Of a DNA stretch of 64,000 bases, positions 1 to 12,300 are shown in pieces. A program made the position numbers and the translations under genes. Location: assembly GCA_026770705.1 (NCBI GenBank), contig JANJGN010000002.1:48856001-48920000 (forward strand), given 5' to 3'. Within the stretch, counting starts at the first letter, position 1; every line of letters starts with the position of its first letter. The notes beneath the pieces are model-generated. The model had not been told where the DNA came from and searched no databases. It saw only the letters and a program-made list of their open reading frames with translations. This DNA is from Isurus oxyrinchus. Taxonomy: Eukaryota.

Positions 1-406
1 ATAATTTACCAACTGCAGCCAACAATTTGCAGCCAATGTAATCTTATTGTACCCAAGAGATACATTTATTTTCTAAATGAGAAACGTTTTCAATTGCTGT
101 AGGCAGACCCTAGGCAGCAGTCTGCAAATAAGCGGGCAATAGTTGCTGTTTTGCAGTTGAATGTCATGGGGTAGATAATAGCCTGGACCTGTTCTCATGC
201 CCAGACTTGATGCTCTGGTTCCAACACAACCCAAACAGACAGATCTTAGGATGGATAGAATTTGGTCCTCCACCTCTTCTGTACACTGAGAACAAGCTGT
301 TGGTTGCACTACTACAGACAACTTGTCCCATTGTGAGAAGCCAATTTTGGGCCAACTGCTGTGCCAGCAATAGCCCTCGGTTAAATCCCTGTAAGGGATG
401 AACTAT

Positions 407-468
407 GGTTGGGTGGGCGGGTGGGTGGGGGTTGGGTGGGGAGGTGGGGGGACAGGGGTTAGATGGGG
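407..468 (+). repeat. G-rich low-complexity tract with G-quadruplex potential
   Basis: More than eight GGG(G) runs with short loops. Confidence 0.7.
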
Positions 469-983
469 AAGTTGCTTCTCCTGCCTTCATAGAAAGGTGA
501 AAAACAAATTTCAAACACTTACCTTTAGTTTGTGGTCATGGGGCCTACTAACGAATCCTGATAAGATTCAAAACATTGGAGTCATGAGATGACCAATTTG
601 TCAAAGGGTTGCTTTAATATATGCCAGGCCTTTAACTAACACACTAAAGGGCCAGGTGCCTATATTAGGTAGGATCAAATAAAGTCAGCTACTCTTGATC
701 GCTTCAATTCTACATTCAAGAAACCCATCTTGTCCCTGAATGTTACCAAAGCAAAAATTATATATCAACCCACACTTGGTCAGCCAAATATTCCACCTGT
801 CATATATGTTGAGACACTCTGGAATATGTTGAGCACTTCTCATAGTTCGGCAGGCATCTCTCTCAAAAGGCTTCCATTGATGAGGAGATCCAATACTGGA
901 TCCGCTGCACCAGCTCAGCCTCCTACAAACTAAAGCAGGAAGTGTTTGACTACAAAGACCTCCACAGGTCAACAAAAGTCATA

Positions 984-1180
984 GGCCTGAATTTTTTGTT
1001 CATCAGACGCGCGCGATTGGTGAGCCCGGAAGCAGACAGGAAATGGGTCTCTGGTCGCGACTGGCTCCTGACTGCGATTTCACGATGGCTGGCCAATTAA
1101 CAACCAGCCAGTGTGAAATGTGCGCTGAAACACTCAGCGCTGCCAGGGTGGGGGTGGGAAGAGGGCGGGCGCCGACCTAA
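984..1180. mobile_element. Left end of a Harbinger-type MITE
   Basis: Begins GGCCTGAATTTT, the same terminal motif as the MITE at 29478-31460; GC/CpG-rich body with GGCCAATTAA. Confidence 0.5.
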
Positions 1181-1199
1181 CTGAGGGTGTGAGTGAGCA

Positions 1200-1785
1200 C
1201 ATTCCTGCTGCTGCAATATGACCTTGACTGTGTATGAGTGACATATAAGAGCGCTAGAGAAATTCCACCAGCAATGCCTCCACTGCATCCTCTGGATTCA
1301 ATGGGGGGATGTTGAACCAATGCCAGTGTCCTTCTTAAAGCCAGTTCCACAAGTATTCAGGCAAAACTCATGCAAAATCAAGTTCGTTGGACTGGATACT
1401 GTGCCCGGATAACCGAAAAGCATCCTCCCTGCCAGGTCCTGTTTTCTCAACTCTCAAATAGCCAATGTTCCAGGGCAGAAAATGCCAAAAAGACACTCTA
1501 ACTCTCCTTGAATTGCTAGCTATCGTTCAGAACAGCAACGAGTTCTCCAAGCCACTTTTGAGTCACAACATCTTAGTGATAAGGCAGAGCAACGGCAGTG
1601 AAGAAAAGGAAAAGAAGCACATCCTGCACTCCAGATCTCACTACATCATGGGACACCCTGCCCTGTCTACCCCAAAGATCCATGGGTCGAGAACTGGCCT
1701 GTTCAGCCATATGAAGACCCGTGGCAGAAACTCGCGACCCTGAGTAGATATCATCCTTGAATTGAGGGACAGTCGACAATGACGG
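1200..1785 (+). mobile_element. RTE-clade LINE 3' fragment (decayed)
   Basis: Frameshifted translation gives HIRALEKFHQQCLHCILWIQW, QNQVRWTGYCARI, KDTL and GSRTGLFSHMKT, typical of the RTE post-RT C-terminal region, followed by a short 3' tail. Confidence 0.75.
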
Positions 1786-2629
1786 CCTATATTAGGCATG
1801 AACTCAAGTCTCCAAAAATATGGGCTCTACTCCATTTACAGTGGACCCAGCACCACCATAGATTGGGTACAGGCCATCCCACTGCTAAGTTAGAATATTT
1901 TGTGCTTGTTTTACACTGAAATGTTGAGCATAACCCATACCAGTTTTTAGTACCATCAGTCCTCCATTGTTCTTTCCTGTGGCTTTAGTCCAAGGTCATA
2001 AACCAAGCGCATCTGTATTGATTGATTATGTGTGCATTCCAAATATTTTATCCTTATTATTGAGATGATTTGTACTAGTGTTGGTACACTGAAACACATC
2101 TTATTTCTCACAAATTTGAGCACTCCATGGGCAGATACCATGCCTCTGTCCATGGCCAAGCTGTGTTGGCAGAATCCAGCCTCAATTCCTGCTGATGACC
2201 ATTTTGAGGAGTGCAGGATCAGGCGTGGGACAGGAAACCTGTCCATACCTAACCAAGGGCCTAAGGTCAGAACTTTAAAGATTTGCATTGTGCAGATGGG
2301 TTTGGAAGCCCTTTGCAACCCTGCCGATTGAGAAGAGACAGGAACAGGCAAGGTGGTGGGACAAAAGGGCAGGAAACTTGTTGAAAGTTAAGTTAGAGAA
2401 TTTTTAGGGGCTTAAGTGTAACATTGGAATTAACATGAAGGGAGGCAGTAAGGGAGGGTTTGGAGGCAGGGGTCGACTCCATAGAACAGCCAAATTTTGG
2501 GAGGGCATTGGTTTTGATGGGGCTTCTCTCAGATGATTCAGGAGACGCATATCTGTGTTCTTAAGTGCTGGCAACTGAGGCCGAGGCCTGTTGCTGGCAC
2601 CATTAGGGATCATCAGAACTTGTGAAAAG

Positions 2630-2833
2630 AAAAATGGCAAGTGAGGTGGGCCCTTCAGCGGCTTTCTCCAGGGCCGTCCCACCTTAGTGGGCAGCAGACC
2701 TGCCTCCGGCACAAAATGGGGCCTTACTTCAGAAAAATTGCACTTCCTGGCAGCCTGATGACGGAGGCGGAATCGCAACTGCAGGATCCGTCCCACCTCT
2801 TGATTCCAGCCTCTGACATGAAAATCTGGGCCC
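2630..2833. mobile_element. Right end of a Harbinger-type MITE
   Basis: Ends GAAAATCTGGGCCC, the reverse complement of the GGCCCAGATTTTC terminus at 4006. Confidence 0.45.
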
Positions 2834-4005
2834 AATTGCAGAGTGATGGCTTCTTTGCTATAAGCAACTTGCCTTAACCCCAATCTCTGAAAATTTTCCT
2901 TTAATCAATCAGTGTGAATTGTCCTTTTCACTCCCAACCATGCTTGACATCTTAGTGACGATGATAATAGTGGCAATTTGTGCTCAATTATGAGCAATTT
3001 TGGCTGTTGAGCTGTGGACCACAGGAAATGTGTTGAAACTGCCCAAAGATCCTTTACTTAGCACTCATACAGCTAGCTAAAAGAGGAGATTTTGATCCTG
3101 TTAAATCTAGGGCTCAAAGTTCAAAGGGTATCATGCGACCCAGTCTTCTCAAAGGTACCTGCACATGCGCTTGTTATTTAGAACCTAGCTACAAGTTGTA
3201 TCACTACTGAAGCATATCAATGAGAGAGAAATGTCAATGTTATGTATGTGTGTGTAATATATTATAAAATTTCTCCAGAAGATTTTTAAATGTTCACAAT
3301 TACAGCTCTGCTGTTAGGTGTTGAAAGTTGAAGTCCATCGGTGTATCCCCAGAACTAATTCTGCACATTATTTAGATTTTCTTGCTTGAAGAAAGTACAG
3401 TTGAGAAATGGTTGACTATTATTGGTAGTTGATGTCTTCTTACAGAGATTTGCACTGGTAGACAACATATTCCTTTGAATATGTAATAATGAATACAGGA
3501 CTGTAGAAGAAAACACAGGCTGAAGTCAGTAGCATTTGAAACCAGGTAAAATGTCAGTGAAATGACTATATCAATGCTACCTAAAAATTGATTTTTATTT
3601 TGTAGCAAGTAACTTAATGAAACTTTCTTTTATGCTTCCCTTTTTACCGCCTCACATTACAACAGTAAAAAGATTGTCATATAATACATCCAAAAAAGCT
3701 GAGAAGGTTAATTGATTTCTTCAAAAAAAAATTTTACGAGCTGATTCAAGGCAGATACCACTGTTGTAGTTTCCTCTGCATTCCTTCCTTCCATCCTTGG
3801 GCCCTGTTTTGTGTTTCATCCTTCACTACACCCACCTTAACTGGCAGCTCTCGTTCTGTCTATCTCTGCATATCCTTGCCATCTTCGGTTTGACTGTTTA
3901 ACTCTTCTCCTACCTCAAACCACAGATCAATGCTAAAAATATCAAATTGATCACTTATTACTTCATATAGAAGGATGCTTGATATGTGTGAAACGTTGAA
4001 TCAAA

Positions 4006-5548
4006 GGCCCAGATTTTCACTCCAGGGTCGGGTGTGCAGACAGGAGAATTTCCGGCTTTGTGATCCCCATCTTTAAAAATGGCTGCCCGGACATTCAATT
4101 TTCAGTCCAGGAAGTGTAGGCTGGATTAGAAGTCAGACAGGTGACCTGGGAAGAAATAAGGAAGATGTCAGGTGTGGAGGCGGGCTCTGCGGAAGGCCTG
4201 CCTCAGGGCTCTAGCACCTTGTCCTAAGCTTAAAAATAAAGATTAAAACATGAAACATCCCTCCAGCCCTCACACCTCACCTCCCTCACCCCCACACACA
4301 TTCCATGCTCCATTCATGCTAACCCATGCCTTTTCATGAGCCCACCCACTCCCATGGCACGTCATACACGCCAACCTATGCCCCTCCACCCACCTCCATG
4401 GTCCCTCATACCCTCCAAGCCAATCTATGCTCCTGCACCCATCCCACATAGCCTTTTGTAGCACCTATGCCCCTTTTTGCAACCCAGGGCCTTATACCTG
4501 CCATGCCAAATCACCTAGTATCCACCATGGGTAAACCTCAGGATCTATGCAGAGATGTGATAAAATGAAGTTCTGTAAACTTAGGTGTCAATTGCAAACT
4601 TCACTATATTGAAAAAAAGCACTCTCATTCAGAAAAATCCATTTACTACATTTACATCCCTTCAACTACATGAAGCCTTATAACAACAAATATTTCATTC
4701 TAGTGCACAATCCCTTATAACAAGCATTGGAATTCATAGTCCTACAACAAAGAGTCAATAACCACCTGTACCTGTCAATCAAACTGAAATGGCAAGCACC
4801 CTACTGTGATAATGGATGGTTGTGAAATCAGTCATGCAGCACTAATCCAGTAATGAATACCCTCAGGCTTATGTCAATAGACAGAGTGAAATAGCAAGCA
4901 ATAATTTTTTTAAGACTCCAGGCAACTTTTTCCAAAGATTTAAAGGGCAAAAATTTCAAATGCTTTGACAGCTTGTCAGCTCCCTTTAGCAGATCCTTTT
5001 GACAGGTGTTTCTGACAGTTTTGACAGCTCCCTTGGACAGGCCCTCTTGATTGGTGCTTCTGACAATTGATTTTGACATGTCTGTGGACAGCTCCAATGA
5101 GATTGACAGTAGTTAATTTATGTACTTTTAATGCGCATTTATACCTACTTTTAACAATTCCAAAGGACACCTAACCTACCCCAAAGGGCATTTGACCTCC
5201 CCTAAAGTTGTCCCAGGACCTGATCCAAAGGGGTACCTTACCTCTCCAAAGGGTTACCCTGGCTATCCAAACCATTCCACAAAGTTCAGACATGCTCTTA
5301 CCAGGTCTAATTTTCACACTTCACACCCCTGGCCTTCCAAAATCCCACTTTAGTGGAGGCAACTGATGATCTCAATGGCCTCTGCTGCCTCTGTAAACCG
5401 TGCATGTGCAAAAACATGCCCCAGTCCCACTCTCGCCTCCTCAAAAAATGGAAAGTGCCATGTTTGGGGGTGGGACTTAAGATTTTTGACCACTTCTACC
5501 ATTTGCGCCATAATGGAGACCCTTTCTGTCATGGCAAAAACCTGGTCC
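4006..5548. mobile_element. Non-autonomous Harbinger-type element, copy 1 (~1.55 kb)
   Basis: TIRs GGCCCAGATTTTC / AAAAACCTGGTCC (10/13), followed by TAA. The interior is colinear with 29478-31460 (shared C-rich ccatgcc repeats, ggttgtgaaatcagtcatgcagca, ttgacag repeats, ccaaaggg repeats). Confidence 0.75.
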
Positions 5549-8500
5549 TAAGCTTTTTTGAAAATACTTCATATCAAGGTTGAATTTATTTTTACATTGG
5601 TGAAACAGAACATAGCTTTAAGAAAACCAAAGGAATATCAATCATCAAATGTGAAACACTTCCTAAAAAAAAAAGCATGGTCCAAATAATAGTTTTAACG
5701 TATATTTTCTGGATAAAAATTTAAACTATGTATATAACCTGTCTTTCAATCTACTTCCCAACTATTGATGTAACTCAGCCACTTTGTGCTCAATTGCTCC
5801 CTTAGCACTAAATCTTTGTTCTAGGCATCTTATTTCTCCTCCTTCCAAGGTGTAATGCTCATTGAGTGCTATTTATATGTGCGAGTGCCAGAAGCTGATA
5901 AAAAGTCTGATACAATTGCAGTATTTATGTGTAAGTTTGAGGGAACTAAGTTCATCAGATTTATTTCTCAACATAGTTATATTTGTTGTGACATGTTTGA
6001 AAGTGTTCATTGGTAAAATGCTGCGCAAATATTTCAGATGATGTAAAATTAAAAACATAGAGCAGAGACTGTTATTAATTTTTTTCTTGACTGTAGACCA
6101 CTTGAATTATTTCATTTTTCTAACCATTAAAACAGAGGGTAGTGCAGAATTCAGCTTTAAGCAAAGGGATTCATGTTACTTTGGAATAAACATTTGGCAT
6201 TTTCACTAACCTAGTAGTTTCTCTGTTTCTCTTTATATCCATTAAATAGAAATTTTATTAGATAGTAAATGCATTGTGATATTATTTATTCTACAGTATA
6301 TGTATGTTCAATCTGAATTATAAATATATTTTGAGACTGAAAGTGCAACATAGGATGAATAAATCATCATAAAGTGCTTCCATAAATCTGGCAGTTCCAA
6401 ACTGGCAGGATAAAACAACCCTTTATTGTGGAAAGATAGTGAAGAGTTATTGTAATTAACCCATTACTGCTACTGCTTTTAGACATTTCATCCTTAGCAT
6501 CTGTTTTTGTGTCTTGTTGGTATTTAAACACTACTGTATTGGATTGACAGTAAGTATTGTAGCTATTGTATTACACAAGATTTGCTGCTAGCATGTTAAG
6601 TGGAATGTGACATTAAATGAATTCAAGAAAACAAACTGAAAATATAAGACGGGCTCACTGTTAACAAAGTAAAAAAATAAGTTGTCAAAAAAGAAGGTTG
6701 CAGAAATGTTGCAAACAGATGCAAAGGGATTAAAGGATTAACTCCAGGGTCAGGGCTATTCACTTGCTAACATATTCATGGCGTTAATGATAGGGCAGTT
6801 CACACTTTCTGTCGACCAAAAGCGAATAAGGGTTTAGCATGTTTGTGTCTTGAGGTTTTTAAATCACAACTAGTATATACTGATATTTGTTGAGACCTTT
6901 CTATATTGAAAAAAAGAATAAATCAGTTTCAAATACTGTCCTTAGTGAGTGGTTTGATACTCTAAAATTATGTACTAATCGGATTAAGATGCATAATAGT
7001 AGAATGTTCACTGGGTTTCAGTTTATTTCTATAATTTCTGAATTTCAAGCTAAAATAGCAGTAAATGTGCACCATCATAGATTTCAGCCCACAATATTTA
7101 GCAGTAAAGAGGAGACACTTAATCCCAGTGGATGGCAGTATGCTGCTTTTGTATGAAATCACTGTAACTAAAACCGTAGATTGATTTGGAACATCTTCTC
7201 CAATTTGTTATGAGTATTTTGCAATTTTCTTTTCACTATATTAAAGGCAATATGCGTTTTGCACACTTGTGATTTTCTCAAGAACAGTGGTGTTCATTAA
7301 CTATCTTCAGTTGGATGTACTTAAAAATAGGAAGTGTGAAGCTCTTCATAAACATATTGAATACTTTGGGACATTTTAAATAAATGCGCTTTAGGGCTTA
7401 CTATGGTACTTTAGTATCACTTTGCAAAAACAATTAGAAGACTAAGCTGAGAATGGTCTCAAACCTAGTGTCATTTATGGTTTCATTGATGCTCATCCAA
7501 ACAAGGATATGAGCCAGCAGTGCTATAGATTCACCCATAACATTCTGGGACTGCGGTATTACTTTGAGTTCTATAACCATCATCTTGAGGGGTTGATATT
7601 TACTGTGTGAGAATTCATGATTCTAAAAATTGAATCAATAGCAAATATTTGATAGCCAATTTTACCAGAAAGTGCTGGTGATATTCCACCATGGCAGGGT
7701 CAAGGGGCTGTGGTTGGCTAGTCGGGAGTGTATCTGCTGTAACTTGGCGGAGGCATGGGGGTAAATCTATATATTGTGGATTCTTTCCATCTTGCAGCTA
7801 TCTGATCGGAACTCCTCACAAGCTGGGTATAACCAGTTATGACTTTAACAACAGAGCAACAGCATGTACCAACTGTATATTTACAACTTATCGCAATATG
7901 CATGTACTCTGTGTCTGCCAATGCTGTTTGTTCCATACAAGCAGGAAGCTATTTAATATCCTAACTAAAGATCTGGAAATAATTTTTAAGCAAATTCAAT
8001 GTTGTTTCCAAGTTTTGTGCTGAAGGGAATGCTTTTAAAAAGAGTGATCTGATGGGAAAGGAGAGAATGAGATGGGAAGCTAATTATTTTTTTCAACCAA
8101 ATAGTGAATATTCAAAGTTCATTTATCCTCCCTAGGGAACCTTGTTGCAGCTACAATTATAGTCAGCATTTTTTTCACATTGTAAATATGTTAATTATTA
8201 CATTTACAAAGTAACAGACTTAGTTGTTCATGTGCTGCTTGACAGAGCAGAGAAATAGTGGCAATGTTCCTAAGAAGACTTTTATACCTTTATCAAATAA
8301 CTGGAATATCTATTTTTGTAAGCCATATCATCAAATGTAAGATGCAGACCCCTCTACAATTACTGGCTGTGACCAGGAGGACCGTGTTCATCCTGGCTCG
8401 CTGGGAGTTCTCCAAGGTAATTGAAATTCTACCTCCATAGAGTTCAGATGAGAAGTGATATGAAGATGTGGGAAAACCTGAGCTGAATTGATTTTTTTTC

Positions 8501-9292
8501 CCCTTAATGTTTGGACAAAGAAATAACTTAGCTAAGTGTAGCAGAGATGATAAGCGCATTCAGTCATGGTAGATTAAGAGGCCTGCATCAGTTAACACAG
8601 ACTGTATTTTATTCTCTCTCTATGCGCTGCCATGTTTAGATTGGAGATTAATTGCAATGGAATTACTGTACGTCTGTTTGTTTTTTTAACAATTGCAAAT
8701 TACATTAAACAGCCGATGTGTTTTCTAATATGATTGTTCTTACCTGATAATTGGGATGGCGCCACATGAGATTTTGATAAGAAATTCATAAACACTCCCT
8801 TATGAAGCCCTCATGACTTCATTTTGTGACTATCAAGGGTGACAAATTATTTGAAGAAAGCAGACCTAAACATAAAACACAATGCTCCATTTCTTTCAGC
8901 AGTACGACTGTTTGTTTATTTTTCAAATATTTGCCCTGTGTTATCTGGCATATGATGAGGAATATAATGAAATGTTATACAGTGGCAGTGTTTCCTGGCT
9001 AATTTCTTTATTTGCTCCTCCTGCTGCCTGATGGCTGTACTTGGGCAGAAAGTATGAAATTGTTATCTGCTCGTGCAATTAGAGATCAGCCTCTTTCATT
9101 CCAATCCTATTTGAAGATTGATTTGATTTTCGTCCAATAACAAAAAAATAACAGAACACAGCTTGGGTTTTGCGCAGATATCTGTAGCTGTGAAGTGTTA
9201 ATTGCAATTTAGATAAGGATTAGAAGGACCATATCTCAGTAGACCACATTTATTTGCAAGTGCTATACTGTAATGCATCAGGATTTCTCAGG

Positions 9293-9295
<3 letters not shown>

Positions 9296-9339
<44 letters not shown>

Positions 9340-9361
9340 TGTGTGTGTGTCTGTGTGTGTG
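9296..9361. repeat. (TG)n microsatellite, about 33 units with two interruptions
   Basis: Read directly from the sequence. Confidence 0.98.
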
Positions 9362-12300
9362 CACGCACACTCCTGTATGTGGTCCCTTGTATAGCTGCTT
9401 TCAGATAATAGGGGTTAAACAAGCCCTCTCGCCAGCACCACTCCAGTTAAGGTTTTGGACAGTGGCACTGCAGGCTTCGTGCAAACTCTGAATTATGCAG
9501 ATTTTTCAGTTCCATCAGTAACTCCAAGACTGCCAAATAAGCCTGATTTAGAGGATTGTCTCCTCGCGTTCCCCCAACCCCTGACTTCTCCCATTCTGCA
9601 GATTACTAAACGGTCATCAGTTTAATGGCAGTGTTATTTGCAGCTTTCTCAAAATCAGCCAGATTCATATTAGTGCCCAAGTGTTTAAGTGAACCCATAA
9701 TGTCTGCTGGCCAAGAGATGCATCTTGGTTCTTTTTTCTACCATGGAATGATTTGTTGTGAGTAGATTGTTCCGAGACTTCAAGATGAGGGATGATATAG
9801 AAATGCAATTTGTTATCATGTAGAATGTACAGTAGTTGGCTTGATGGTCACTTCCAATTATTATTTGACTGCCTGGCTATTGCCTCTCCACCACCGCCTC
9901 TCCATCACCACCCCACCTTTGCCCTCCCCCCAAGGAGGAAATATACATTTATGCAATTGGTAAAATACTGCAAGTTTGATTTTCAGTTTGATTATACTGA
10001 AGTTTTCAGTGAAAAATACTTTTTGCTCCTTTAGTTCTCTGGATTGTCTGGAAAGATTTTACCCATCAGATTCAATCTGATATGCATTCTATTCTGGAAT
10101 TAACTTCATAATTGAAAATCCTGTTACGGCAATTTTCAGGTTTATATACCTGTAAATAAAAAGCACTTTGTACCTGACTTGTACTGGTGTAGCATGGGTG
10201 GTAGGAAAATGCAAACATGGGCTTCAAGTGGGATTGGGGTTCATCATTAATGCATTAAAAATTAACAGGAGAAATATTGCTGTGGTGAATTTGATGCCCC
10301 AGTGGTGTCATCCTTGCTGAGCTTTCAAGGATTCAGAACTGTAGTGTGTAAATGCAGCAGACACCGGGTTGGCATTGGGGGTTGGTCCACCAGAATCATT
10401 CTGGATGTGATCATAAAGGTAGTAAAAGATGTTGGTGACTTGAGAACATGACTCCATGGTATTTGCACATTTTATCTGAAGTTTGTATAAAATATATGTG
10501 CTGCTTAGTCTATTGCTACATGACTATAAAAACAATTCAGGTAGTGATGTAAAGTGCAAGAACTTTTAATTTGTATTGTTACTAGTGCTAATGGTGGAAT
10601 TAAACTACATGGAAAAGTAACAGGGGAGATGTCAGGAAATATAAAGGCATAATTGTGCTCTATAAACCATAACTACCACTTCCACTTTTCATTTTAGACA
10701 TATTTCTATGATGTGTCAGAAGTAATGTCTCTTTCAAAAGCCTCAACTGCTGCAAACGTTTAGATCAGGGACACACGAATAAAATGAACTGTGAAATGTG
10801 GCCTGGGAGACAAGGTGGTGGGCTCTGCTTGATTCCTAATTAATTGACATTTTTAATTACCCGCATGCTATGCATTATTTGGAGTGTGTATGGAGTGTGG
10901 GATTAAATGTATTGTAGTGGTTAAAGAGCTATGCCTCATGATTAGCTGATATGAAATGGAAAACCACAATTCATTTTGCTAGCTTAAAAAGGCTAAATGA
11001 TGCATAGATAAAGTTGATGTATTGTATACTGATATAGTGCGTATGTATGCAATGTTGGGAGTGCATTGTATTAACCCTGTGATTACTTCAGGTTCAGTTT
11101 AGAGAATCAAATTTTTTAATGAAAATAATAAAAATGAATTAATATGCTGTGCAAGACTGTATTGCTTATAGCAAGTAAATTACTGAAATCCCTTTCCTTC
11201 CATGCCTTCTGTTGCACTGTAGTGCAGGGACGGATGTTAAGCGATCATGATCTACAGGGGTAGTTCTAAATTTACCAAAGTAAAGAGTGTTATTATTTTC
11301 TTAAACATATGTAAATGATTTTTTCCATCATATGAATATTATCATAGGGTTTAAATGGGGTGAAGATTTTGAATTGATTCCCCTGAATATACCCGTCACT
11401 TGATTTAGTGCTGAACTTGTTAATAGCATCAAAAGCAGACCACCCACAGACCAAGAAGAGCTATTAACATATCAAAATGGTAGGGTGCCTGAGACCTGCC
11501 ACCTTTCTTCAACGTGACAGTTGCATTGCCTGATGCACATGGAGATTATTTTATCAGTTGTTCATATCAATTGGGTAACAGTGTGCCTTTTGAGGGTAAA
11601 CTCAGTATCTGATGCATGCCTGTGTCCTTTCTTTTATTTTCTGCACTTTCTGAAGATAAGTGCATGTTGGTAAAGACTGTAGTTGCAGACTAAGAACATT
11701 GTGGATATTCATTGTGCTCACTGGAAGGAAGCATAGAGTCATCACTGCCCTCTATTGTCAGAAACGGAATAGCAGGATATTTAAGTGACCAGTGTTGAAG
11801 TGACTGATCACAGTTTAATAGCACATTTCTGGAATGTCTTCTGCTACTGCTCAAATGAAATAAAGCAACACCCAGAAGCTTCTTGACCAAAATAACTGGC
11901 ATGACTTATTATTGAACATGAAATATTTGCTAACATCAAATCAGACTTAATTGATGGTAATTATTAAAAAGATTTATAGTTTATTAAATTACCAGTATTA
12001 AAAATACAGAAGTTGGATAAAAATTCTGTTTACAATACTGGCATTGCAAATAGAATAGATGTAAACCTAAAATTGCAGGTGATGCAGAAGTCCATCTACA
12101 GCATGTTTTGGGTACATTCTGTAATCAGTAGAAACATTCCTCTAATCCATTGGTTACAAAACACTCAGCAAGCACTTTTCAAAAGCACTATTTTAGATAT
12201 CAGGTCAATATTGTTTATGTTCTTGTGTTATTTCCCACCCTCAAAATACTTAAAACCCCTGATGATGATGATGGCAGCAAGAGGCTGTTCAAAATAAAAT

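Noticed and set aside
9273-9491. VCVCVC ORF
   Set aside because: Translation of the (TG)n microsatellite.
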